From: a bacterium
GTDB taxonomy: Bacteria > Chloroflexota > Dormibacteria > Aeolococcales > Bog-877
DNA length: 64,000 nucleotides
Direction: 5' to 3'
Assembly: GCA_021791415.1 (NCBI GenBank)
Contig: JAJYWQ010000058.1
Span: 1,507 to 65,506 of the forward strand
Shown here: in pieces, positions 18,017 to 27,625 of the stretch
How positions within the stretch are numbered: the first letter of the stretch is position 1
How the letters are laid out: every line of letters begins with the position of its first letter
Position numbers and translations under genes: made by a program
The notes under the pieces: generated by a model
Database searches by the model: none
Told to the model about the DNA's origin: nothing
What the model saw: the letters and a program-made list of their open reading frames with translations, nothing else

Positions 18017-19242
18017 ACCGCGGCCGCCTTCTCGCTCAAAGAGGCCGGTCGCTGAGTCGCCTCCAGGGGAAGGAGGAAGTGGAACGCAGTACCCGCGCCT
18101 TCCCCTCTGGACTCCACCCAGACCGCTCCTCCCATGGCCTCCGCCAGCCCCCGGCAGACGGCCAGCCCCACGCCCAGCCCGCCACCCCCGCGCCCACGGG
18201 AATAGCGCTCGAAGAGATGCTCCTGCAGGTCGGCGGGGATGCCTCTGCCGCGGTCCTGTACCCGACACTCGGCGGCCGTCTGCCGCGCCGGTGATGGTGA
18301 GACCACCTCGATGGCGACCTCCCGCGTGCCGGCATGCCGAGACACATTGGAGAGGGCGTTGTCCAGAAGCTGCTGGACCCGGTCCCAATCCGCCAGCACC
18401 AGGACCGGTGTCTCGGCCAAGCGCAGGCTGGCGGTCAGCTGCCCGCGCCAGCGCCGGGCGGCCTCCCGGACGGCGTCGCAGAGGTCGACCACCTCGATCT
18501 CCACGTCCAACTGGCCGGTCTCGATCCGTGCCAGCTCCAGAAGGTCGCGGATGAGGCGGTCCAGCCGACGCGCTTCGGCAACGATGTCCCGGGCGTGGCC
18601 CGGGTGGTGGAGCTGATGGAGTCCCGGGTCCTCCAGGAGTGCGGTGCCGTGGCCGAGGAGCGCGGCCAGGGGAGTGCGCAGCTCGTGGCTCACGCTGGCC
18701 AGCAGCTCCCGCCGGAAGCCCTCGGCCCGGCGCGTGGCCTCCAGGGCAGCCTCGGTACGGGCCAGGTCAGTGCGGGCCGAGAAGCTGGCCTCCAGCTCGG
18801 CGCCCGCCCGCAGAAGCCCGGCGTTGGCCGCCTCCAACCGGTCCCGGGCGGTGCGCAGCTCCTCCAGGCTGCGGCGGCGCGAGGTGGCCAGCAATCCCAC
18901 CCCGAGGGACACCAGCAGGAAGGCCGCCCAGGCGGCCAGCGCGGGGGCCGAATAGATCGTGAGCCTCCCCACTGGCGGGAGGAAGAAGTAATCCATCAGC
19001 AGGGCCGAGGTGAGAGAGCCCACCAGGGCGGTGACCCCCCCGAAGAGGAGCGACCCCAGCACCACCACGGCGAGGTAGAGGAACCCCGAGGTCTGGATCT
19101 CGGACGGGGCGCGCAGCGCCACCAGCGCCGCGGTCAGACCGGCGAGGGCGGCCACGGTGATCGTGGTGCCGAGCAGCGAGCGCCATGGCTCCGGTGGCGA
19201 GAGCGGTCCCCCCACAGACTTGCTGCGCACTTCAGATGGCAT
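18013..19242 (-). CDS. Membrane histidine kinase equivalent to the C-terminal half of KdpD (DUF4118 TM + HisKA + HATPase, no GAF)
   Basis: Four TM helices with DYFFLPPVGRLTI, SVSHELRTPL, N box DNALSN, DRGRGI, GLGVGLA. Start approximate. Confidence 0.85.
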   Translation of the reverse strand: MPSEVRSKSVGGPLSPPEPWRSLLGTTITVAALAGLTAALVALRAPSEIQTSGFLYLAVVVLGSLLFGGVTALVGSLTSALLMDYFFLPPVGRLTIYSAPALAAWAAFLLVSLGVGLLATSRRRSLEELRTARDRLEAANAGLLRAGAELEASFSARTDLARTEAALEATRRAEGFRRELLASVSHELRTPLAALLGHGTALLEDPGLHQLHHPGHARDIVAEARRLDRLIRDLLELARIETGQLDVEIEVVDLCDAVREAARRWRGQLTASLRLAETPVLVLADWDRVQQLLDNALSNVSRHAGTREVAIEVVSPSPARQTAAECRVQDRGRGIPADLQEHLFERYSRGRGGGGLGVGLAVCRGLAEAMGGAVWVESRGEGAGTAFHFLLPLEATQRPASLSEKAAAV

Positions 19243-19255
19243 AGTTCCCATCGCA

Positions 19256-21532
19256 GTGGTTGACGGCCAGACGGATCGTAGCAACCGGGAGTCGAGCGCC
19301 CGGCGAGACCTCGAGGGGCCGCGGCGCGGCCGGCTCAAGGTCTTCATCGGAGCTGCCCCGGGCGTGGGGAAGACCTTCGCCATGCTGCAGGAGGCTCATG
19401 TCCTCGCTTCCAAGGGGAGGGACGTGGTGGTGGCCTGGGTCCAACCGCACGGGCGGCCGCTCACCGAGGAGGCGGCATCGGGGCTGGAGCGGGTGCCGCC
19501 GGTTCGCATCACCTACCGAGGGTTGGAGGTCGAGGAGATGGACCTGGAGGCCACGCTGCGCCGCCGCCCGGCTGTGGCCCTGGTGGACGAGCTGGCCCAC
19601 ACCAACGTCCCCGGAGTGAAGCACGAGCGCAGATGGCAAGACGTCGAGGAGCTCCGCCAGGCGGGGATCGAGGTGTGGACCACTGTGAACATCCAGCACG
19701 TGGAGAGCCTGCGGGACGTGGTCGAGCGGGTCACGGGAGTCGCCGTTCGAGAGACGGTGCCGGACCCGGTGCTCGACTCCGCTGAGGAGCTGACGCTGGC
19801 GGACATGACCCCAGAGGCACTGCGCAAGCGCATGCGCCATGGCAACATCTACCCGACCGACCGGATCGAGCTGGCGCTGAACAGCTTCTTCCGGGAGAGC
19901 AACCTGGCGGCTCTCCGGGAGCTGGCGATCTGGTATGTGGTCCAGCACGAATCCCGCAGCGGGCGCGAGCCCTCGCTACCCGGGGTGGGGGACAGGGTTC
20001 TCATCGTCACCTCCTGCAGCAGTCATGCCCCCGGCCTGATCAGGCGCGGCACGCGGATGGGCCAGCGTCTCCGGGCGCCGGTCACCGTGCTGGCCCTGAG
20101 CCAGAGGACTCCGTCAGCGGGGCAGCTGGCCAAGGTCCGGGGACTGGCCCTGGACCTGGGAGTGGAGTTTCGGCTGGAGGTGGCGGCGCACCCGGTCGAG
20201 ACAGCCCTCCGAGTGGCCCGCGAGGTGGGGGCAACCCACCTCATGGTGGCGGCAGAACCTACCGAGCTGAAGGAGGGATTGGGCGCCGGGGTGGTGCGGG
20301 GACTGCTCGCCGATCTCGGAGACCGCCACCTGCACGTCATTGGACGACGCCTGGGGAAGGTCCACCAATGGGATGGCAGCGACCGGCCGGATCCAGCTGC
20401 GCTGCTCGCCGGCCTGGATGCCGAAGTGGTCAGGGGGAGCCTTCGTCTGTACCTCGGGTACGCCCCGGGGGTGGGCAAGACCACCCGGCTGCTGGAGGAG
20501 GCGCTCCGCCGCCAGCGGAGAGGAGCGGATGTGGTGGTGGCTGCTCCCAGCGGCGTCCCCAGCCCCACTACGGAGTTCCTCCTCAGCCAACTCAAGGTGG
20601 TGCCGTCGCCGGCCACCGGGGGGATCGACGTGGACGGCATCCTGCGGCGCAACCCCGGCGTCGTCTGCGTCGACGACCTCGGCCTGCGCGACCTGCAGAC
20701 CGGCAGGCCGCGGTACCAACAGGTCTGGCGCCTTCAGGATGCCGGGGTCAACGTGGTGGCCACCGTCGGGGTGATCGACCTGCCGGGATTCGATTCGGCT
20801 CGGGAGCAGCTGGGGCGGTTCCGCAGCCAGGAGCATGGTGACCACGAGGCCGTCCCCCAGGAGGCGCTCGACAGGGCTGACGAGATCGAGCTGGTTGACC
20901 TGCCACCTCCCGAGCTCCGGGATCGCATCCGCTCCGGCTGGGTGACAGCTGCGGCTGACGTGGGGGCGGCACTCCAGGTGTTCTCGGAGCCCCTCTTGGA
21001 AGAGCTCCGGGCGTCCGCACTTCGGATCGTGGCCACCCACACCGAGCGCCGGCGGGCGCGCTACGCGGGGCCCGCAGGCGCCCATGGCCTTTGGCCGGTT
21101 CAGGAGCGCATCATGATCGCCCTTCGCCCCGACCGCATAGACCGGGCCGAGGCGTTGCTGGAGGCGGGGTTGCTGGCGGCCCGGCGAGAGGACGCCGCGC
21201 TCGTCGTGATCGCGGCCGTGTCGCCTCGACCTGATCTGACCGAGTCGCGCCGGCTGGAGCGGCTGGCCCGCCTGAGCCAGCGCCACGGGGTCAGGCTTGA
21301 GCCGCTCCAACTTGCGGGTGGTGTTGCTGAGACGCTGGTGGAGTGGGCGGAGCAGCACCAGGTGACGGCGATCTTCATGCCCGCCCCGCGGCGGCGGCGC
21401 CGCCTTCCCTGGGACAAGCCGGTGGCGCTCTCGGTCATAGAGCGCTGCCGGGAGCTGGACGTCCACATCCTGGGAGAGAAAGCGCTCCCCGGGACCGCGG
21501 GCCTCAGCGGAGTCGGGCCAGCGCCGAGTTGA
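19256..21532 (+). CDS. Soluble tandem KdpD sensor protein: KdpD-Usp-KdpD-Usp
   Basis: Copy 1: GRLKVFIGAAPGVGKT, VDELAHTN, TTVNIQHVESL, VRETVPD. Copy 2: GSLRLYLGYAPGVGKT, ADEIELVDLPP. Each is followed by a Usp-like domain. No TM or kinase domain. Start approximate. Confidence 0.85.
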   Translation: MVDGQTDRSNRESSARRDLEGPRRGRLKVFIGAAPGVGKTFAMLQEAHVLASKGRDVVVAWVQPHGRPLTEEAASGLERVPPVRITYRGLEVEEMDLEATLRRRPAVALVDELAHTNVPGVKHERRWQDVEELRQAGIEVWTTVNIQHVESLRDVVERVTGVAVRETVPDPVLDSAEELTLADMTPEALRKRMRHGNIYPTDRIELALNSFFRESNLAALRELAIWYVVQHESRSGREPSLPGVGDRVLIVTSCSSHAPGLIRRGTRMGQRLRAPVTVLALSQRTPSAGQLAKVRGLALDLGVEFRLEVAAHPVETALRVAREVGATHLMVAAEPTELKEGLGAGVVRGLLADLGDRHLHVIGRRLGKVHQWDGSDRPDPAALLAGLDAEVVRGSLRLYLGYAPGVGKTTRLLEEALRRQRRGADVVVAAPSGVPSPTTEFLLSQLKVVPSPATGGIDVDGILRRNPGVVCVDDLGLRDLQTGRPRYQQVWRLQDAGVNVVATVGVIDLPGFDSAREQLGRFRSQEHGDHEAVPQEALDRADEIELVDLPPPELRDRIRSGWVTAAADVGAALQVFSEPLLEELRASALRIVATHTERRRARYAGPAGAHGLWPVQERIMIALRPDRIDRAEALLEAGLLAARREDAALVVIAAVSPRPDLTESRRLERLARLSQRHGVRLEPLQLAGGVAETLVEWAEQHQVTAIFMPAPRRRRRLPWDKPVALSVIERCRELDVHILGEKALPGTAGLSGVGPAPS

Positions 21533-22082
21533 GCTGAAGCACGTCGACGTAGGACGGACCCAGGAAGCCCAGCTCTGGCCCCACCGTCAGGGTCCGGATG
21601 AGCCGACGCAGCTGTAACTCTGGAATCCCGGTGCTCTTCGAGACCATCGGCACCTGGGCAAAGGCGTCCTGCGGGGTGATGTCCGGGTCGATCCCGCTTC
21701 CCGAGCTGGTGACCAGGTCGGCCGTCGGTTGAGCTCCGATCCGGCGGAGCTGAGCTGCCTCGGCTCGGACGGCCGCCACCAGCTGCCGGGACCTGGGACC
21801 GAGGTTGCTTCCCCCGGATGCCCCGGACACCCCGTCAAGGCGGAGCGGGTTGTCCGGGTCGGAGCGGCCGTGGAACCACTGTGGTCCGCTCCACGGCTGA
21901 CCCACCAGGGTGGAGCCGTTCTTGGTCAGAGAGCCGTCGGCCTGGTGGGGGAAGAGCAGCTGCGACACACCGGTGCCGGCCAGGGGATAGGCCAGCCCGA
22001 AGAGAAGGAGGGCGCCCACCGCCAGGACGACCGCGGGGCGCAACTGGGTGATCACGGGTCGGGTCCTCCGGTCAGTAGGCAT
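21504..22082 (-). CDS. kdpC: K+-transporting ATPase subunit C
   Basis: [50 protein letters not shown]. Confidence 0.93.
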   Translation of the reverse strand: MPTDRRTRPVITQLRPAVVLAVGALLLFGLAYPLAGTGVSQLLFPHQADGSLTKNGSTLVGQPWSGPQWFHGRSDPDNPLRLDGVSGASGGSNLGPRSRQLVAAVRAEAAQLRRIGAQPTADLVTSSGSGIDPDITPQDAFAQVPMVSKSTGIPELQLRRLIRTLTVGPELGFLGPSYVDVLQLNSALARLR

Positions 22083-24132
22083 GGAGAGCTGTCAGCAGCA
22101 GGTCGATCAGCTTGATCCCCAGAAAGGGGGTGACGATGCCACCGAGCCCGTAGATGAGAAGGTTGCGTCGCAGGATGGCGGCCGCGCTGGAGGGGCGCCA
22201 GCGCACCCCCCTAAGGGCGAGCGGGATCAGGGCGACGATCACCAGTGCGTTGAAGATCACCGCCGACAGCACCGCGCTCTGCGGGCTGTGCAGCCGCATG
22301 ATGTTGAGAGCCTGCAACTGGGGGTAGGACGAGGCGAAGAGGGCCGGGACGATGGCAAAGTACTTGGCCACGTCATTGGCGATGGAGAAGGTGGTCAGGG
22401 CGCCGCGGGTGATCAGCAGCTGCTTTCCCACCTCGACGACATCGATGAGCTTGGTGGGGCTGGAGTCCAAGTCAACCATGTTGCCGGCTTCCTTGGCGGC
22501 CTGGGTGCCCGTGTTCATGGCCAGGCCGACGTCCGCCTGGGCGAGGGCGGGGGCGTCGTTGGTGCCGTCCCCGGTCATCGCCACCAGCTTGCCCCCCTCC
22601 TGCTCCTCCCGGATCAGCCGCATCTTGGTCTCGGGGGTGGCCTCGGCCAGGAAGTCGTCCACCCCGGCCTCCCGGGCGATGGTGGCGGCGGTGAGGGGGT
22701 TGTCACCGGTGATCATCACGGTGCGGATGCCGGCCTGACGCAGCTCCTCAAACCGGGCCCGGATGCCCGGCTTGACCACATCCTTCAGCTCGACCACCCC
22801 GAGCACCTTCGGCCCGTCAGCGACCACCAGGGGGGTGGCCCCCTCGCCGGCCAAGCGCTGAACCGTCGGCTCCAGGCCCGCAGGGATGACGCCCCCCTGC
22901 TCCGACACCCAGGCGCGCACCGCGTCGGCGGCCCCCTTGCGCACCTGGCGCCCGGGCAGGTCCAGGCCCGACATCCTGGTGGTGGCCGAGAAGGGCACGA
23001 ACCGAGCCTCGGAGGGGGCTGAAGTGGGGGCCAGGTCGTGTCGCTCCCGGGCCAGGGCCACGATCGAGCGCCCCTCGGGGGTCTCGTCTGCCAGGGAGCT
23101 GAGGAGGGCCGCTGCGGCCAGCTCGCGCTCAGCGCACCCTGCCACCGGGTAGAAGCCCGCCGCCATTCGGTTGCCCAGGGTGATGGTGCCCGTCTTGTCC
23201 AGGAGCAGAGTCTGGACGTCCCCTGCCGCCTCGACCGCCCGCCCGCTCATGGCCAGGACGTTGCGCTGCACCAGACGGTCCATTCCGGCGATGCCGATCG
23301 CGGAAAGGAGGGCCCCGATGGTGGTGGGGATGAGACACACCAGGAGGGAGATCAGGACCACCACCGAGACCGGTGAGTGGGCGTAGCTGGCGAAGGGATA
23401 GAGGCTGACCACCACCGGTATGAAGATGACCGTGAGGGCGGCGAGAAGGATGGAGAGGGCGATCTCGTTGGGCGTGCGCTGGCGGTTGGCTCCCTCCACC
23501 AGGGCGATCATCCGGTCGAGGAATGTGTTGCCAGCCGTGGCGCTGATCCGGATCACGACGCGGTCCGACAGCACCCGGGTTCCGCCGGTGACCGCCGAAC
23601 GGTCACCACCCGACTCCCGGATCACCGGAGCGGACTCCCCGGTGATGGCCGATTCGTCGACCGAGGCTATCCCCTCGACCACCTCCCCGTCCGAGGGAAT
23701 GAGGTCGCCGGCCTCACACACCACCAGGTCTCCCGAGGAGAGCTGGGCGGACGGGACCAGCTCCTCTGCGCCGTCGGCCCGGAGGCGGCGGGCCTCGGTT
23801 TCAGACCGTGTGCGCCTCAGGGTGTCGGCCTGGGCCTTGCCCCGCCCCTCCGCCATCGCCTCGGCGAAGTTGGCGAAGAGGACGGTCAGGAAGAGCCAGC
23901 AGGTGATGCTCCAGGTGAAGACCGAGGGGTGGAGTATGGCCTCCGCCAGGGTCCCCGCGGTGCCCACCAGGACCACGAACATCACCGGGTTCCGGATCTG
24001 CACCCGAGGGTCGAGCTTTACGATAGACCCTCGCAGCGCCGCCTTGAGGATCGCCACATCGAAGAGGCCGCGCCTCTGGGCCACCCCGCGGCTGCCCGCG
24101 TGACCGCTGCCCCCGAGGGGTGCTGGGAGCAT
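22072..24132 (-). CDS. kdpB: K+-transporting ATPase subunit B
   Basis: [24 protein letters not shown] phosphorylation site, [18 protein letters not shown]. Confidence 0.97.
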   Translation of the reverse strand: MLPAPLGGSGHAGSRGVAQRRGLFDVAILKAALRGSIVKLDPRVQIRNPVMFVVLVGTAGTLAEAILHPSVFTWSITCWLFLTVLFANFAEAMAEGRGKAQADTLRRTRSETEARRLRADGAEELVPSAQLSSGDLVVCEAGDLIPSDGEVVEGIASVDESAITGESAPVIRESGGDRSAVTGGTRVLSDRVVIRISATAGNTFLDRMIALVEGANRQRTPNEIALSILLAALTVIFIPVVVSLYPFASYAHSPVSVVVLISLLVCLIPTTIGALLSAIGIAGMDRLVQRNVLAMSGRAVEAAGDVQTLLLDKTGTITLGNRMAAGFYPVAGCAERELAAAALLSSLADETPEGRSIVALARERHDLAPTSAPSEARFVPFSATTRMSGLDLPGRQVRKGAADAVRAWVSEQGGVIPAGLEPTVQRLAGEGATPLVVADGPKVLGVVELKDVVKPGIRARFEELRQAGIRTVMITGDNPLTAATIAREAGVDDFLAEATPETKMRLIREEQEGGKLVAMTGDGTNDAPALAQADVGLAMNTGTQAAKEAGNMVDLDSSPTKLIDVVEVGKQLLITRGALTTFSIANDVAKYFAIVPALFASSYPQLQALNIMRLHSPQSAVLSAVIFNALVIVALIPLALRGVRWRPSSAAAILRRNLLIYGLGGIVTPFLGIKLIDLLLTALHAY

Positions 24133-25823
24133 CAGAAGAACCTCCCATGGCTCAGCTGCTCCAGCAGCGGCCCCAGGGAGAGGGCGGGGAAGAAGGTGAG
24201 GCCGCCCACGATGAGGATCACCCCCAGCAGAAGCACCACGAAGGTGGCGTTGTCAGTCCGGAAGGTGCCGCGCGACACCGGGACCGTCTGCTTGCTGGCG
24301 AGAGCTCCGGCCAGGGCCAGCACCGGGAACATCACGCCAAAGCGGCCCACCAACATGTCGATGCCGCCAGCCAGGTTGTAGAAGGCGGTGTTGCCGTTGA
24401 GGCCGGCGAAGGCTGACCCGTTGTTGTTGGCCTGGGAGGTGAGTGCGTAGAGGATCTCGGTGAAGCCATGGGGGCCGGAGTTGAAGGCACCCGCTCGCCC
24501 GGCAGGCAGGGCGGTGGCGATCCCCGTGATGACCAGAACCGCCACGGGCATGACCAGCACTCCTAGGCTGGCCAGCTTCACCTCTCGAGACTGGATCTTC
24601 TTCCCCAGGTACTCGGGGGTCCGGCCAACCATCAGCCCGCCGATGAACACCGCCACGATGGCGAAGAGCAGCAGGGTGTAAAGGCCGCTGCCGTCGCCGC
24701 CAGGCGTTATCTCCCCCAGCATCATTCCGGTGAGCAGACCAAAGCCGCCCATGGGCGTGTAGGAGTCCGGGGTGGAGTCCACCGACCCGGTGGAGGTCTG
24801 GGTGGAGGCCACGTCGTACAGGGTGGAGTCCAGGACCCCGAAGCGCACCTCCTTGCCCTCCATGTTGCCCTGGGGCTGGGCAACCACCCCGGCCGCCGCC
24901 ACCGCCGGATTCGGCTGCGACTCTGAGTAGCCGGTGAACCCCGTCCAGACGGCGAAGATGAGGCCCATGGCCGCCAGCAGAGCCAACCCTTGACGGCGGG
25001 ATCCCACCATCTTGCCGAACGTGTAGGTGAGGGCCACCGGGATGATCAGCAGCAGAACCACCGACAGGAGGTTGGTGAGCTGGGTGGGGTTCTCCAAGGG
25101 GTCGGCGCCGTTGGCGTTGAAGAAACCCCCGCCGTTGGTCCCCAGCTGCTTGATGGACTCCATGAAGCCCACCGGCCCGCGGGGAATCAGCTGGGTGGCG
25201 CCGTTGAGCACGTCGTGGATGAGCACCGGCCCGGCGAGCGTCTGGACGGATCCCTGGGCGACATAAACCGCCCCGGCGACGAAGGCGATGGGCAGGAGCA
25301 CGTAGAGGCACCCTCGGACGGTGTCCACCCAGAAGTTGCCGATGGTGCTGGCGCCGGTCCGGCTCAGCCCGCGCACCAGAGAGATCGCCACCGCGATCCC
25401 CACCGCCGCTGAGATGAACTGCTGGACGGTGAGCGCGGCCATCTGGCTTAGGTAGGACATGGTGGTCTCGCCGGCGTAGTTCTGCCAGTTCGTGTTGGTG
25501 AGAAAGGAAACCGCGGTGTTCCAACCGAGGAGTGGGGGTACCGCTGGCAGGTGCTGAGGGTTGAGCGGCAGCTGGCCCTGGAGACGAAGGAGGCCATAGG
25601 TGAGCAGGAGGGAGACGCCGGAGAACACGACCAGGGAGACGGCGTACTCCCGCCAGCGCTGCTCGTGCCCGGGATCCACCCCGAGGAGACGGTAGACGAC
25701 CCGCTCCACCCAGGACAGCCAGTGCACGCGGCCTGAGTACACGGCCTCCAGATAGCTGCCCAGGTACCGCCAGGAGAGTGCCAGGAGGGCCGCCAGCAGC
25801 AGCACTGTGAGGGCGAAATGCAT
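24132..25823 (-). CDS. kdpA: K+-transporting ATPase subunit A
   Basis: [52 protein letters not shown]. Confidence 0.97.
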   Translation of the reverse strand: MHFALTVLLLAALLALSWRYLGSYLEAVYSGRVHWLSWVERVVYRLLGVDPGHEQRWREYAVSLVVFSGVSLLLTYGLLRLQGQLPLNPQHLPAVPPLLGWNTAVSFLTNTNWQNYAGETTMSYLSQMAALTVQQFISAAVGIAVAISLVRGLSRTGASTIGNFWVDTVRGCLYVLLPIAFVAGAVYVAQGSVQTLAGPVLIHDVLNGATQLIPRGPVGFMESIKQLGTNGGGFFNANGADPLENPTQLTNLLSVVLLLIIPVALTYTFGKMVGSRRQGLALLAAMGLIFAVWTGFTGYSESQPNPAVAAAGVVAQPQGNMEGKEVRFGVLDSTLYDVASTQTSTGSVDSTPDSYTPMGGFGLLTGMMLGEITPGGDGSGLYTLLLFAIVAVFIGGLMVGRTPEYLGKKIQSREVKLASLGVLVMPVAVLVITGIATALPAGRAGAFNSGPHGFTEILYALTSQANNNGSAFAGLNGNTAFYNLAGGIDMLVGRFGVMFPVLALAGALASKQTVPVSRGTFRTDNATFVVLLLGVILIVGGLTFFPALSLGPLLEQLSHGRFF

Positions 25824-25824
25824 C

Positions 25825-25914
25825 TCAGAAGCGCTCCGGGCGCAAAAGGGCGTACACCAGGTACCCGAAGAGGGCGACGGCCAGCCCCAGGAAGACGATC
25901 TGCTCCGGGGTCAC
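25825..25914 (-). CDS. kdpF: K+-transporting ATPase subunit F (29 aa)
   Basis: Translated by hand: MTPEQIVFLGLAVALFGYLVYALLRPERF, with the KdpF signature YLxYALxxPERF directly upstream of kdpA. Confidence 0.9.
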   Translation of the reverse strand: MTPEQIVFLGLAVALFGYLVYALLRPERF

Positions 25915-25994
25915 AGCCGGTCCAGGCCGGCGATCGCGGCCAGGCACAGTAGGACGAAGAGCAGGGACCCCAGGATGAGCAGGAGGTCAGCCAT
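25911..25994 (-). CDS. 27-aa hydrophobic micropeptide upstream of kdpF
   Basis: Translated by hand: MADLLLILGSLLFVLLCLAAIAGLDRL. Its stop overlaps the kdpF start (GTGA). Confidence 0.7.
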   Translation of the reverse strand: MADLLLILGSLLFVLLCLAAIAGLDRL

Positions 25995-26000
25995 GCCGGG

Positions 26001-26035
26001 AGCATCACGGCTCGGCCGTCAAGAAGGTGTCAAAA
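26001..26035 (-). promoter_or_regulatory. Putative KdpE box (TTGAC direct repeat, 11-bp period) and weak -10 GATGCT of the kdp operon
   Basis: Minus strand reads TTTGACACCTT-CTTGACGGCCG. The proximal TTGACG ends 10 nt before the -10, which lies 6 nt before ATG25994; this is OmpR/PhoB-type geometry. Confidence 0.55.
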
Positions 26036-26121
26036 GCTGCGCTCGGGGCATGGACGGGATGCGAACCAGCCGCGCCACGGGATCGGGCTAACATCTGGCG
26101 TGGCGTCCGGAAGGCGAACTG

Positions 26122-26835
26122 TTGGGGGTATGGGCGGTGGAGGAGCGGGAGGCCGTGGTGGCGTGGTTTCCCGAGGCGACCACTTGCGCCGCCGGCAACG
26201 AGGTCTCCTTCGCCACCGGCACGTCCGAGGAGCACGAGGCGCTGGGCCTGACAGCGGCGGGCCACTGGCTCGTGCGCCGGTGGAGGGACCGTGGGGCTGG
26301 GGAAGCGGTCCGCCCCCTGGCTCCCGAGGAGGCCCGGGAGTGGTTGCTCCGGTGCGAACACTTCGAGGCGGTGGAGGAGCACTTCCCGGCCGCCGCCGGG
26401 GAGGGGCACCTCCTGCGCCTCGCCCGCCTCTATGAACCGCGCACCCCGGAGGACGGGCACCGGGTGCTGGTGGACCGGCTCTGGCCGAGGGGCATCTCCC
26501 GAGCAGATGAGCGCATCGACTCCTGGCTGCCGGGGGTGGCCCCGAGCGCGGCGCTTCGCTCCTGGTATGGCCACCGGCCGGATGCGTTCCCCGAGTTTTC
26601 CCGTCGGTACCGGCACGAGCTCAGCTCAGCTGAGTGGGGCGGGCCGCTGGCCGAGATAGCCGAACTGCGCCTCGCCGGCACTGTGACCCTGGTCACGGCC
26701 ACCCGTGACCTGGAGCACTCTGGAGCCCGGGTGTTGTACTCGTGGTTGGGGGGCGAGAATCGCTACCCTGGTGCGCGCCGCGCGTCCGCCCCGCCCTCCA
26801 GGAGGCACCCAGGTGAGCTTCTTCAAGAACCTTGA
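26122..26835 (+). CDS. DUF488/YeaO-family protein with an extra N-terminal domain
   Basis: C-terminal RLYEPRTPEDGHRVLVDRLWPRGISR..WLPGVAPSAALRSWYGH..F.RRYRHEL; about 95-aa N-terminal extension. Start uncertain. Confidence 0.75.
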   Translation: MGVWAVEEREAVVAWFPEATTCAAGNEVSFATGTSEEHEALGLTAAGHWLVRRWRDRGAGEAVRPLAPEEAREWLLRCEHFEAVEEHFPAAAGEGHLLRLARLYEPRTPEDGHRVLVDRLWPRGISRADERIDSWLPGVAPSAALRSWYGHRPDAFPEFSRRYRHELSSAEWGGPLAEIAELRLAGTVTLVTATRDLEHSGARVLYSWLGGENRYPGARRASAPPSRRHPGELLQEP

Positions 26836-27112
26836 GTCGATGGCCCAGGGGATGGGCAGCACCCAGCCCGAGGCCGAGCTACCGCCGCACAGCTGTGCCG
26901 GTTGCCAGACCCAGATGGAGTACCGGGGGCCCCACACCATCCGAACCGGGGGCCTGCAGCGCGGCTTCGGCGTGGGCGCCGACCTGCTTCTGGGAAGTGG
27001 CCTCGACAATCTCCTGAATCAGGCCACCGAGCGCAATGTCCTGGTGCACGTCATGGTCTGCCCCAACTGCGGGGAAGTGGCCCTGATCAACGATCCGCAG
27101 CGGGGATTCTGA
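26813..27112 (+). CDS. Small zinc-ribbon protein
   Basis: CAGC and CPNCG pairs; RBS AGGAGG upstream of GTG26813. Confidence 0.6.
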   Translation: MSFFKNLESMAQGMGSTQPEAELPPHSCAGCQTQMEYRGPHTIRTGGLQRGFGVGADLLLGSGLDNLLNQATERNVLVHVMVCPNCGEVALINDPQRGF

Positions 27113-27121
27113 GGCCGGCGC

Positions 27122-27580
27122 TCAGCGCCAGCCGTCCACCGAGATGCGACCGGGCCCGGTGAGCGCGAGGGCCAGTGCCGCGACTCCCAGCAGGAGGGGG
27201 AACTCATATCCGCCCTGGCCGTAGAGACCCTGCTTCCAGTGCGCCCTCCGGACGGCGACAGCCATGTTGCCGGCGGCGACGAGGCCCGCCACCGGGGTTC
27301 CGGCGCCCGCCATGAGGCCCAGACCACCGCCCAGCTCCGCCAGGCCGCTGGCCCGGGCCGCCATCTCCGGCATCGGGACCCCCATGTTGGCTAGGCTCTT
27401 CCCAAAGTTCACCGGGCCGCTCCTCTCCCAGGCGGCCTGGTAGTTGGGGCCCAGAAGGCGAGTGAGCCAGGCGGGAGCGGTCCGCCCCTCTCCGCCCATC
27501 AGCTTGGGTAGGCCGTGGGCGGCCAGTATCGAGCCGGCGCCGAGGCGCAGGGCCAGGAGCCCGAGGTCCGATCGCTTCAC
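27122..27580 (-). CDS. DoxX-family membrane protein
   Basis: LGLLALRLGAGSILAAHGLPKL, ELGGGL, HWKQG, GGYEFPL, GPGRISVD. Confidence 0.88.
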   Translation of the reverse strand: MKRSDLGLLALRLGAGSILAAHGLPKLMGGEGRTAPAWLTRLLGPNYQAAWERSGPVNFGKSLANMGVPMPEMAARASGLAELGGGLGLMAGAGTPVAGLVAAGNMAVAVRRAHWKQGLYGQGGYEFPLLLGVAALALALTGPGRISVDGWR

Positions 27581-27625
27581 AGCTGTCCTCCTCCAACCGA
27601 TGGTTGCTAGTACAACTATAGCTGG

